DNA from: Bilabrum cf. latius
Lineage: Eukaryota
Reading direction: 5' to 3'
DNA length: 64,000 nucleotides
Assembly (NCBI GenBank): GCA_965178125.1
Contig: OZ237754.1
Coordinates: 806,001 to 870,000 of the forward strand
Each line of letters begins with the position of its first letter. The first letter of the stretch is position 1. This document shows positions 50,132 to 61,348 of this stretch, in pieces. The position numbers were made by a program, and so were the translations under genes. The notes under the pieces are model-generated. The model was not told the origin of the DNA and ran no database searches. It worked only from the letters and a program-made list of their open reading frames with translations.

Positions 50132-53100
50132 TCAGCAGTCCTGTCCCGGAAACCGGATGACACCCGTCTCTGTGAGCAGCGCCTGGGTGAGGAAGAGCAC
50201 GTACGCGACGAACATGACCCGGCCCAGGTTGAGGTCGAGCTTCCACCCGAGCCCGGCGATGGCCGCCACGGTCAGGATCACCATGAGCAGGAGCACCACG
50301 ACGGAGTAAAACAGCCCGCACGACCCGATCGAGATGCTCGAGCCCGGGTCCACCATGGCGGTCTGGATGAGCCAGGGGAGGGGCAGCCCGAAGCAGATGT
50401 CGAACACGTTGGATCCCACCGAGCTGCTCACCGCCATGTCACCGAAGCCGTTCTTGGCCACGACGATGGAGCTAAGCGCGTCTGGGATGGACGTCCCCGC
50501 CGCCAGCACAGTCAGGCCCATGATCGCGTCGGGGATGCCGATCGCGAACCCGAGCGTGGAGGCCCACCAGACCATGCAGTAGGCGTACACTGCGATCCAC
50601 ACGAGCGACATGCCGAAGGTGGCCCAGTAGAGGTGCCGCTGGCCCTCCTTCTTGCAGTGGGGAACAGTGTACCAGAGCAGCACCACCAGGGGGAAGGTCA
50701 CCAGCCAGACGCATTGCATGATGGTGCCCTCCGGCACCTCCCACGGGTTGGTGGGCTCGTCGTCGTCGTCGTCCTCCTCCTCCTCTTCCTCCTCCTCCTC
50801 TTTATCGCCCTCCTTGGCCTCGTCACCCCCCGGCTGCTTCTCACCACCCGCGTTGTTCCCTGCGGTGGCCGTGGCAGAGGTGCTGCTGCCCCCCGCACCA
50901 GCACCCGAAGGCTTTCTCTGCGGAGACAGCTCCGACTCGTTCTCGACGGCCGCAGTGGCCCCCGTGCCGGCCTGCAGACCCCCGCCCAGGCCGCCCAGTG
51001 ACACGCCGGAAGGGGTGGTTTGAGACTCCGGATCCGCGTCGGGGGAGGGCAGCGCCTGCGCGGCGGCTGCTCCCTGGGACAGGGACGAGGAGGAGGGAGC
51101 CACGGTCGGCTTGCCTGTGACTGTGACTGTGCCTCTGGCGCCGGCCTGCTGCTCCGTCTTGTCCGTCTCCACCACGTGGGTCTGCGACATCCTGCGGTGG
51201 GCCTGCCTCTGGTGCACCACCATCTCCGCTACGGCCCTCAGAGTCGCTTTCTTCCTGCGTTTTTTCACCTTATCCTCCTCGTGCACCGCCCTCAGCGCCT
51301 CCCCCACCCCCATGCCCACGCCTCCACCACTCCCCGCGCTCAGCCCGCCCACGCTGCCCTCCCCGTCCTCGCCCCCACCGGCGCCCTCATGGACCCCACC
51401 CCCCTGCTAGGCCCCACCCCCCTGCTGCTGCTGCTGGGCGGAGGAGGACTGCTCCTGCATGAGCTTCTTGGCCCTGCCCAGCTTCTCCTGCAGCTTGTCC
51501 AGCCGCCCCTTGAGGATGTACCTGAGGGCCACCCCGCGCATGTCCACGTGCTGCACGTAGGCGTTCCCGCTGTCCAGACCGCCGTACGACACGGAGAAGG
51601 AGGGCACCTTGGACATGAGGGGGGAGCCAGTCCCCCCCCCCGCCCCCGTCCCCGCGCCGAGGGGGGCGTGCGCCGTCGTGTCAGGGCCCGCCTCACCGGC
51701 CCGGGGCACCTCCACCGCCGTTTCCTCGGTGGATTCCCCGCTGGTGGTGGTGGGAAGCTTGTTGTTCCCTGCTGCGGCGGCCCCCTCCTTGCTCTCTCGC
51801 GTGCCGAGCGGAGCGTAGCTCCCTGCCAGGTGAGTCCCCTGGTCCTCCTCCCCCCCCCCTCCCCCCGGGGTTGGAGTGCCTCCATGGACGCCCTGCCTGC
51901 GCTCGGCCTGTTCCACCTTGCGGGCCGCGAGTTCCAGTGCGGCGTCCTCGCCCTCGATGCCTCCGTCCCCTGGAGCGACGGCTCGGCTCGCGCAGCATCG
52001 TCCCTTCAGGGAGTGCACGAGCGCCTCGGCCCGCGCGCGCAGGGTCGCATTGAAATACATAATAGTTACGTAGAGCACATACATCAGAAGGAGGATGAAG
52101 GCCTCGTACCAGTCGATCTTGGAGTCGGCAGTAAAGCCGGCTAGAACGAGCAAAGCGATCGAATAGTACGTGCAGTCGCGAAACAGCGGCCACCACGTCA
52201 AAGGGAGAGAGCCAGGAGCAAACAAAGCGCACAGCCCAATCACCGCCAAGATGTTGAAGGTCGCGCTGCCGACGATGGTTCCAAACCCGATGTCTGACTG
52301 CGCGATAAACACCCCAATGAAGGACGTCGCTAGCTCGGGAGCGCTACCACCAGCTGCGGTGATTGGTGGTGACAAGTTGATTCCCAGTACATAGTGCAAC
52401 CTCGTGAACTCCAGTCCCGCGGTAGAGCGAGCAAACAGAGTTGCTGGCGTTTTGCCGAAACACTCTGGACGCGCAGCAAGATGTTGGACTGATCTGGACT
52501 CCGAGTGTAGCCGATGTCGGCACGTGCAAGGGATGCCCACGGAAAATTGTGTTGGGGCGGTACTGGCCGATGATGGCCAGGGCTAAGCAACTGCATTCGT
52601 AACGGAAGGTATTCAGCTGCAACGGAAACAATCCTAACTCACCTGCCATAAGGGTGGCACCTGCCACATCTTCCGATATCTGAAACTCTTCAATTATCCT
52701 TTCAAGACCAGCCACAAAGTACTCATCACAAACTGCGGGAGGAGGTAAACCCAAGATTCGAGCGTTGAGCAAATTGGGGAGCGGAAGATGGGATGGTTGC
52801 ATCGCTGACGGTTCGCCCAATGACCGTCCGCAAATGCCGCTACCATCAACTGAATAGTTATATGATGAAACGTAAAATGCGGAGTGCCAGCGGTAGGGAC
52901 GTCTTGCGTCTTGCGAGGCACCGCCTGTCAGCACCCGCTCTCACTAATTGCGAGGCCGTAGAACATGTACACTGTCCCAATGGCATGCAAAAACAGCCAG
53001 TATCTATTTGTAGCTTCATCATACGGCTATTTGTTGAGGATAGCATCGTCTGGAAACTCCTATAGTCGCCTTGAAGCACCCGAGGGCTCCTTCTCTTGCC

Positions 53101-53224
53101 CTAAACCTGCGAACGCCAGCAGGCATACTACACCCAGCGCACCGGCAACAAAAAGCGCCCTTATATTTCTTCGGGGTCGTTTCCACTTGAATGAGGCCCG
53201 CAAGGGCGCAATTTCCCCTCTCAT
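50132..53224 (-). CDS. K+-dependent Na+/Ca2+ exchanger (NCKX/SLC24 family); introns 52733-52944 and 52354-52642
   Basis: EFPDD...LHAIGTVYMFYGLAI|ICDEYFV, DVAGATLMA|AGGSAPEL, GTIVGSATFNI, LAAGTSIPD and GDMAVSSSVGSNVFD. TAG at 53060, 53027 and 51407; TGA stop. Confidence 0.92.
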
Positions 53225-53346
53225 GGCTCCGTGAGGCGCCTGCGCGCAGGGTCTCACCCGGAAGACCCGACTCGACAAAGGTGCACGCTATCTAGGAAGT
53301 CTGGATTGCTGAGGCGTGCTCGCGCTTCCTGCCGAGCAGCACAATC

Positions 53347-54894
53347 ATGGACAAAAGAGAGGGTTTTGTACTTGAAGAGGTGCATAGAGACGACCCGTAC
53401 CATGCGGAGCATTCTAGTGCCGCGGCTGCGGGTTTAGCCGGAGAATCGATGCTAGATTTTGACTCTGCTGGGAATGCCAGCTTACAGGGCGAACTGGCCC
53501 CGCAAAGCGTGTACAAAGTGCATACTCCGACGGAATCGGCTCATAGTGGGATATCTGGATCGCGGTATGACGTCTTGATGCCCAAACCGCTTCGAGGAAG
53601 CGCGGCAGCTTTGGGCTCAACAGTGCAGCACTACAAAGTCGGGGCCTCCTATGGGCGGCTAGGCGACCCCAACCGCGACTAGAATCGCTTAATAAAAACC
53701 GAAGATGCTGCGGATGCGCTCCAGGCCGTGATTGGTCCATCGGCGGCGAGCGCGGGCGGGCCAGTACCAAGCGCTCCTGGTTCTAGTAGCGGCGCAGTGA
53801 TTGAGCTCCATGCCAACCGTGATCGTGGCCGCGCGACGGATGGCAGTAACGGTGGCTAGTTGAGCAAAGATGATACTCCACACGTCCGATGGGCGGATCA
53901 AGCGACGCAGGGCGAGACTTCCGGCGCGAGAGGCGGCGTGGTTGTCGAAAAGCAAGCGGGCGGGGCAGGTGCTTCGAGCCGCAACGGAGCCGAGCAGCAG
54001 TCGGAGCACGAATCGAAGGACTCGGAGCCGGAATTTGAGCTGAGTGGGGAGCACGCCGACGTGCTCGGGGTTGTCTTTCAGTTCCTTGACGAGGACTGCG
54101 ACGGCGAGCTGAGCGACGACCAGCTGCGGTACGCTGTGACGGCCATGGGCATCCCGCCCACGTGGCCCTTCCTGCAGGAAATAAAGAGCCACTGCGTAGA
54201 GGGACAGGGAGTCAGCTATCCGCTGCTAAAGAGCGCCATAGAAAATCGCACGGAGTAGCAGCCGATCAACTGCGCGAGGCTCGACGCGCTCTTTTCCGGC
54301 TTTGCCTCGCCGGCGTGCGGCCCGGGCGAGGTGCCCACGCACCTGCTCAGGTACCTCCTGAGCGGAGTGCACACGGCGTACGGGACGCAGCTGAGTGATG
54401 GCGAGACGGACCAGCTGCTGGATCACCTGCGCATTCGTGAGGGGGAGCGGGTGCACGCAGTGGACTTTGTGCGCGCGCTCAGCAGCGGTTTCCTCAAGAT
54501 GGTGCCCGGGAGCGAGCAGGACGTTGCCCCGCCGCCCCCGTCCAGCAGGGAACAACGGTCCGACATGGCCCGCCGCAGGATGGAGCGGGTGCAGCAGGCA
54601 GCGGAGGAGAAGGAGGCGATTTAGGAGAAAGGGGCCCGGGAGGCAGAGGAGCAGGCGAGAAGGGGGGCGATGCCTGGAGGAAGCGCAGCGGAGGAACAAG
54701 ATGAAGGAGAAGCGAGGGGAGTGGCATCAACGGCACTGCTGGAGGCACAGATGCCGCGCCCATCGGACATGGTGGAGCGCCGCGGGACGAGCACCGGAGC
54801 GAGCGCCCGAGCAAGTGCTAGGGTGCCGCACACGATTGACCTTCAGGCGCAGGCACAGCTGCGGGACGGCAGCACATTTGTAACGCGGGAATGA
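53347..54894 (+). CDS. EF-hand-containing protein (~515 aa)
   Basis: One frame with TAG at 53680, 53857, 54256 and 54622, ending TGA. EF loop FQFLDEDCDGELSDDQL, followed by degenerate calmodulin-like helices. Confidence 0.7.
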
Positions 54895-55278
54895 GTCGCA
54901 AATGGGTTTCAAGGGGTATTACAAGGGGTACATGGAGGTAGAGACCCGAGTGGTTCTACAAGGGGTACAAGGAGGTGGCCCACTGGCAGGCGTCACAAGC
55001 CGTCCATCCAGTCATCCCGCTGCTCTGCTCTGCTCTTCCCTTTATGTGTAAGGATTGTACAGTGCGAGCCAAAATTTGAATGCACCCGCTGCAACCACCA
55101 TGCTCCAAAGATTCAAGTCGCCTATGCAAATATTACCCGCCCGCAACCGCACCCTCCCCCCCCTCCTGGCTGGCTGGCTCCCATCTAGCTCCCAGTTGGA
55201 CTGTCCTCGCGGCTGCTGAGACGCAGCAGCAGCAGCAGCAGCAGCAGCAGGCCCCAAGCCTCCCCAGTTGTGGCCCGC

Positions 55279-55947
55279 TCACTCCAGCTCCACCTCGGCT
55301 CCAATCTCCTTGAGCTTGTTCATGATTTCCTCCGCCTCCTCCTTCTTCATGCCCTTGGTCACGGGGGCCGGCGCGCTCTCCACCAGCGCCTTGGCCTCCT
55401 TGAGTCCCAAACCGGAAATAGCCCGGACCTCCTTGATCACCTTGATCTTGGACTTGGCGTCGAATCCCTTGAGCACCACGTCAAAGGCGGTCTTCTCCTC
55501 CACGGGAGCCGCTTCCTCAGCCGCCGCCCCGCCGCCGCCGCCTCCCGCGGGCGCGGCCATGGCCATCCCGCCGATGGCGCTCATGGGCACGTACAGGTCC
55601 GCCGGGTCGTCTGGCTTGCCAAGCTTCTCGCGAAGCACATCCATGAGATCCACGGCCTGCAACATGTTCAGTCGCAGGACTCGGTCGGCCAATTCCAGTA
55701 CCTCGGGGTCGTACGCCCGGTCCCCGTCGCCTTCGCCCACGAGGCTCAGGTCCACGCCATGCTCCTCCACAATCTCGTTGACTACCTTCTTCAATGGCTT
55801 CACGGGGGGCGTTTTGTCATCTGCCGCAACCTCGGAGGCTTCTTCAGCCCTAGCAATCGCGCAGACATGCAACGGGCGGTACGCAGCGCTAGAGGGCTGC
55901 GCCCATCGCAATCCGCCCAGGCTGGCCGTCCTGACTTGCGCTGGCAC
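55279..55947 (-). CDS. MRPL12: Organellar (probably mitochondrial) ribosomal protein L7/L12; true start lies upstream and is unresolved
   Basis: [44 protein letters not shown]...[11 protein letters not shown] stop. The frame continues upstream through a TAG into an Arg/Ser-rich, transit-like region. Confidence 0.92.
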   Translation of the reverse strand: MPAQVRTASLGGLRWAQPSSAAYRPLHVCAIARAEEASEVAADDKTPPVKPLKKVVNEIVEEHGVDLSLVGEGDGDRAYDPEVLELADRVLRLNMLQAVDLMDVLREKLGKPDDPADLYVPMSAIGGMAMAAPAGGGGGGAAAEEAAPVEEKTAFDVVLKGFDAKSKIKVIKEVRAISGLGLKEAKALVESAPAPVTKGMKKEEAEEIMNKLKEIGAEVELE

Positions 55948-56544
55948 TGCCAGCTGTGATAATCCCCGCGCTCCCTATGTGCAGAATCGACGAACCGTAC
56001 TGCGATGGCACGAATGTAGGGAACATATTGTGAATTTCACAGGCTACGGCGGCCACGACGGCAGAACGTCATAGTTGCAGAATCGAAAAGCAACAGGCGA
56101 TCTCCACAAGCCCATTTGTTGGATAAGACACCAATCCACGCATGCAAACTCTCCATCTCACCTGGATAAGCGCTGCATTTTAAGTTGTGGCAGCAAGAGT
56201 AGTGCACTAGGTGGAGGCAACGATCGGGAGGCCCAGTTCGCTAGCTAAACCAGAATAAGCACGGTACCTCAATTGCGAGGCCCGCATTGGCCTCTGGCCT
56301 CATCGTGCACTCGAAGTTCACGTGTGCACATTTCAATACCAAAATGTGTAAATTGACATTGGTAACTGCGATATGATTCCACCCAGGGTATGCTCGCACC
56401 TTCCGCGAGGCCCTCGTGAGCCTCCCTCTCGTATTCTTGATTGCCTGGTGTCACAGTGGTGTGTCTTGATTGCTGGTGTGTCTGTGCGGCAAGCCCTTGT
56501 GCCGGAGCACTACAGAGGCCCCCGCCTTGTCCGAGCCCGCGCCC

Positions 56545-56592
<48 letters not shown>

Positions 56593-56832
56593 GCATCGCC
56601 CGCCGTTGTGTCCCACACGCGGGCCGTCCCGTCCGAGTGGCTCGTGGCGAGCTGCTGGCCAGAGGGCCCGGGCGACAGGCCCGTCGGCGTCTTGCCCACG
56701 GCCACGCGCATCCAGCAGCAGCTCAGCGCACTCGCCATGCACCCCCCGCCCGCGCCGTGACCAGTGCACAACCGACGAGATGTCCTAACTCGCCCAGCAC
56801 CTAGAAGCTTGCCTCGCACCTAGAAGCTTGCC

Positions 56833-59800
56833 TCACGCCTCTCCTGCAGCGCCGCGCTCCGCCGCCCGCCGGACCAGCGCCCTGCCCTCTGCCCTTGCGA
56901 CCTCCGCGGGCAAGTGCTCCGTGCTCGCACTCAACGGGATGCTCACCGTGGCCGACCCCAGGCGCCCGTCCTCGCTCGTCACACGCACCACGATAGGCGC
57001 CGTGGCCGAAGGGCTGGCGGCTTCCGACTCGGTCGCGATGCGGGAGGGCGCCGCGCCTGCGGAACCGCCCCGGGCTCCGGTTCCGCTCCCGTGCACCTCC
57101 AGCAGCCGGCGCCGCGCATCCGGCGGGCTGGCGGCGTCCAGCGTGGATCTGATAAAGCACCGCAGCAGGCCGTAGTACGTTGTTCCCTGGCTGCTCCAGG
57201 CCGCCCCCTGGTCCGCGGGGGACCCCGAGTGCGTGGCGAGGACCGTCCCGTGCCCCGAGAGCACCTCGAACCGCAGTGCAGTGCCACTCACGGGGGACAG
57301 GGCCCCGTTCTCGTCCACGATCTCGGCCCGCAGCATGGCCACGTCCTGACCGTCTGCTACCAGCGCGCTGCCTGTGCCGGTCGTGGGGCTGGGCGCGTCC
57401 ACCCTCAGCCTCAGACCCGCTGGGCTTCCCGGGGACAGCCGAGTCGCGGTTGCAACCACCCTGCCCTCGGAGTCCCTGGCCACCGCGGTGAGGTTGCCCG
57501 CCTCGTATGGGATAGAGTCGAAGGTCGCAGTGCCGAAGTAGGCCATGGGCTGGGCCTCCCCGCCCTTGGGCTGCTTGCCGTTGACGAGCAGTGAGACAGA
57601 GTGCGCGTTGGTGTAAGCGTGGATGACCCGGGTGGGCTTGCCCTTGGACTGCCCCTGCGCCGGCTCCCACGTCTCCGGGATGGAGACCTCGTATTTCAAT
57701 TCCGGGTCCACGGGTGGCCGTCCCGCGTCTGCGGTGCCGTTGATGGCCGCGAGCCACCATGCCCTTACCCAGGCGGCTGACTCCTTGGCGAACCCCGCCA
57801 CGTCAGCGATGACCCCCCTAGCCTTGGAGGTCTGCGGCCATCCTCTCGACTCGCCAAGGTAGCTGAAGCTGCGGGACGGTGCGGTGCGGTGCAGTACAGT
57901 GCAGTGCACGTAGGGATAAATCATGGCCGTACGCAGGCAAGGGGGCGAAGGAGATCTGGCGCGATGCATCGCATGTAACGAGGAACGACAGGGAGTGAGG
58001 TTGCAAGCTACATGGACTGGACACGGAACAGGCGCGGGCAGCAGGACGGTCAGCAAATCACCCCCCCCCCCGCCTTCCCTTCCTTTCTTTTTCTTGCTCT
58101 CTCTCTCACCCGCTCCACACGAAGGTGCCGCTCATGAAAGGCCTCCCGTCGCTCTCGTTCACCTGAGTGGCAGTGCACTGCGATATCTCGTCGTTGTAGA
58201 ATACACCGGTGGTGTTGTCCCCCGTGTACGTGCCCTGACAGTCCACACGGCACCCCTGCTTGCATCCGCTCGGTCTTGGGTTAGGACACGCGTCGTAGTC
58301 CACGCCCCTCTGGGATAGGCATGAGCAGCACTCGGTGGCCAGCGTAGGCTTGCCGGGGTAGTGCGCGTGGAAATCGTCAAACGTGCTCCCCGACTTGTGC
58401 GAAAACCCCTGCACGTCCAGGAATGCCGTGGAGAGGTTGGTCCCGTGGTGGTTCTGCGTGACTGGCCGCGAGGGGTCAACGGACAGGATGGCCTCCCGGA
58501 AGTACTGCGCGCTCGACTCGTTGTTGCAGCCCACCTCGCTGCGGTGACAAAAAGAGATGGGAAAAAGGGATCGATGTGTGCAAAACCACACACCGGCCGC
58601 GCGATGGAGCGGCCTCGTGCGGCACGAGGGCGCGCTCGGAGGATAGCATGGCATAGATGCATTGGAGCGCGCTGGCTCTCTACCCTGCCGCGGGCCTGCC
58701 CATCGAAGGTTCTCTCACTTGCAAAGGCTCCACAGAAACACAGATGCCCTGTTCCGGTCCCTCACCACCATGTCCCGGATGTCCTGGAGCTCCTGCGCCA
58801 CGGTTTCTTTGGTGGTGCCCCCCTGCTGTTGGTGACCCCCGTAGTCCCGGTTTTCGTCCATGACCACCACTCCCAGGGCGTCGGTGACGTCCAGGCGAGC
58901 CTGCACGGGCGGGTTGTGAGCCATCCTCCATGCGTTCCCGCCCACGGACCTCAGGGCTTGGGCCCTGAACAAGTTCACCCGGTCGGGGACGGCAGACCCC
59001 ACCCCCCCGAAGTTGCTGTGGTCGCAGAAGCCCCTCAGCTTCACGTGGCGCCCGTTCACGAAGAGTCCCTAGTCTGCCGTGAAGTCCAGGCGCCGGAACC
59101 CTATGCTCGAGTTTGTTGCGTCCTGCAGCTGGCCGTTAAGCTCCACTGCGGTCTCCAGCGTGTACAGCGCGGGGACCTGCACGGTCCAGGGAACAATGGA
59201 AGGCACGCTCGCGCGCGCCTCCAGCACGGCGGTGCCCCCGCCGGGACTCGGAGCCGGAACTCCCCCACCGCTGGAGCGGAAGCTCGCCACCAGCCTTCCT
59301 TCCGAGTCGAAGAGCCTGTGCGCGCTCGTGGCTGTGCCTGTGCCGGTGCCACGGCCCTGCCCTTGGGCAGCTGCTCCGGCGGCAGTAGCAGAATCCTCGT
59401 CGTTACGCACCGTCACCTGCACCGTCAAGTCGGCGCTGGCCGGGGCTCGCGGCGCCGCGCGATCCGGGTCCGCAGCGGAACCGCCCAGCAGGCTGATGTT
59501 CTGGGAGCGGGCAAAGACCCCCTCGCCCAGGACCCCAAGGTGCATCGCCTTGCGGGCCCGACGCAGGCTGTAATGCCGGAACAGCCCGCCGCCCTCCCGC
59601 CACCACCCGTCTCCGTACGACGCATCCACGTACACGGCCAGCACGTTCTCTTGCGCGGCGCCGGTTCCGTAGTGCAGCCCGGTGACGTTGTCGATGCGGA
59701 GGGCAAATGACGTGTACCCCTGCATGTGGGTCGGTCCCAGCTGCTAGCCGTTGAGCCAGGCGGTGGTCTCGTGGAAGGAGCCCTCGAAGAAGACCCACAG

Positions 59801-60458
59801 CTCCGACTGGCCCCCGTCCTGCCAATCCTGGGGCAGATTGAAGTGCTTCCGGTACCAGCCCACCCCCCGGGGGAGGAAGGCCTGCGATGGGGAGTTCTCC
59901 TCGGAGAAGTTCTGAGCCAGGAGCATGTCGTGAGGCGCGTCCACGATCTGCCAGCTGGAGTCGTCGAAGCCCGGCTGCGCGGCTGGAGGCGGGCCGGGCG
60001 GCGGCGGTGGAATCGTCCCGGCGTAGCGATCAGCCGGGACAGGTCCGGGAGATGCCGTCGGCTTCGTCCAGCACTGCGCGCAAAATTAAGAAGGAATACA
60101 TATGGGGTACGATCCCGGGTGAACCGATGCCGAACGGGGAATAAGGGTGGGCTACCATGCCGCGCCTTGCGCAGCGAGACCAACTGCAACTCACTTGTAG
60201 GGATGTCGGATTCCAGTCCCAAGCGACACAGGACGAATCTTCAGCGCACATTGAGCAGCATGTAGCAGGTTGTGATACATTAGGGTGCATGTTCCCTCCT
60301 GTCCCGTAGTTTACGCCCTTTTTGATCTCCCCGCATTGCCTGCGTGGATCGGGCACTGGACCCAGGTGGTGCTTCCAGCCAAAGTCAAAGTTAACGCTCT
60401 CGCGCAAGTTTTGTGCTAAGGTGTTTGTACTTAACACCCCGAGGACAAACAATATCAT
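56833..60458 (-). CDS. Secreted glycoside hydrolase family 2 (beta-galactosidase-like) with a PAN/apple insert, multi-exon
   Basis: NFDFGWK, GWYRKHF, FEGS...WLNG*QLG (TAG 59744), DGWWREGGGLFR, FTAD*GLFVNG (TAG 59069), WRMAHNPP, RDRNRASVFLWSLCNE, ATECCS and FVWSGFSYLGE. At least 3 GT-AG introns; TGA stop. Confidence 0.9.
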
Positions 60459-61348
60459 GCCTGCTCGTGTCTTTATCAGAGTGCAAACTGCAGTGGCGTC
60501 GCGTCTGGTCGCGTCAAAACGAATAGTGCACGCAACCACCCCGGCCGGACACATATCGATTGTTGAGTGCCCGTTGCACCCTGAAATTGCTGGGGGTATG
60601 CGGCTGTATCGAGCGCGTCTACCAAGGCAGCATCGGGCGGTGAGTGGCGCAGCATGGCACGTTGAAGTGAGCATGTACTGAATCCTCCACGAGACACCCT
60701 GACCCTTCAACCAAACGGGTATATGAGGCGTGCTGGTTTACGACCGTCGCGGTGCACCACGTCGGACCACGGATATCGGCTGGGGTGTAATTCAACGCAG
60801 GGCAGGATAGGATAGGCACGCGCTGCGAAGAAGCATCCGCCAGGATAGATCTACTGTCTGCCTGCTCCCACACACGGACGGCGGTCGATAGCCTTGGTAG
60901 ACGAGCGCAGTACGGTATCGAATCATCCATTTGGGGAAAGGCCGGGGTGGTGTTGAGTGACAGCGCGGCCGGTTTCATGGGGGCGGGCGAGAGTCCGTCT
61001 CTCCCAGACTTCGCTGGCCCGGGGGGAACCTTCACTGGCCAAAGTCGGTGGACACTGGAGAATGCGGCTTCACGTTCACATTCAGTTGTATTTTGGTCCA
61101 GACTTTTGTGTAGCTAGTAGAGTCCAAGCAGCTTGAGGATTATCTTCCTACATTGACCATTCGATTCTAGCGACCAAGTACTAGATCTACTTGTGAGCGA
61201 TGTGCCCAGTCCACCAATAGCACTGGAACGAGGACGTATCCCCGCCAGATGCTGGCATTCCCGATGCAAGTAGCTACCAAGCTCTTTCAGCGCGGTATAA
61301 ATGTGATTGACTGTTTTTTTTCTTCGCAGCTTGCTCTTTCTGCCGAAG

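Noticed and set aside
378-57457. Palindrome GGTTGCAACC (378, 37641, 40055, 57448) and GGGTGCATCGCACG (7081, 7537, 32455, 47526)
   Set aside because: Each is always read in the same frame (VAT and GASH), so codon or peptide preference can explain them.
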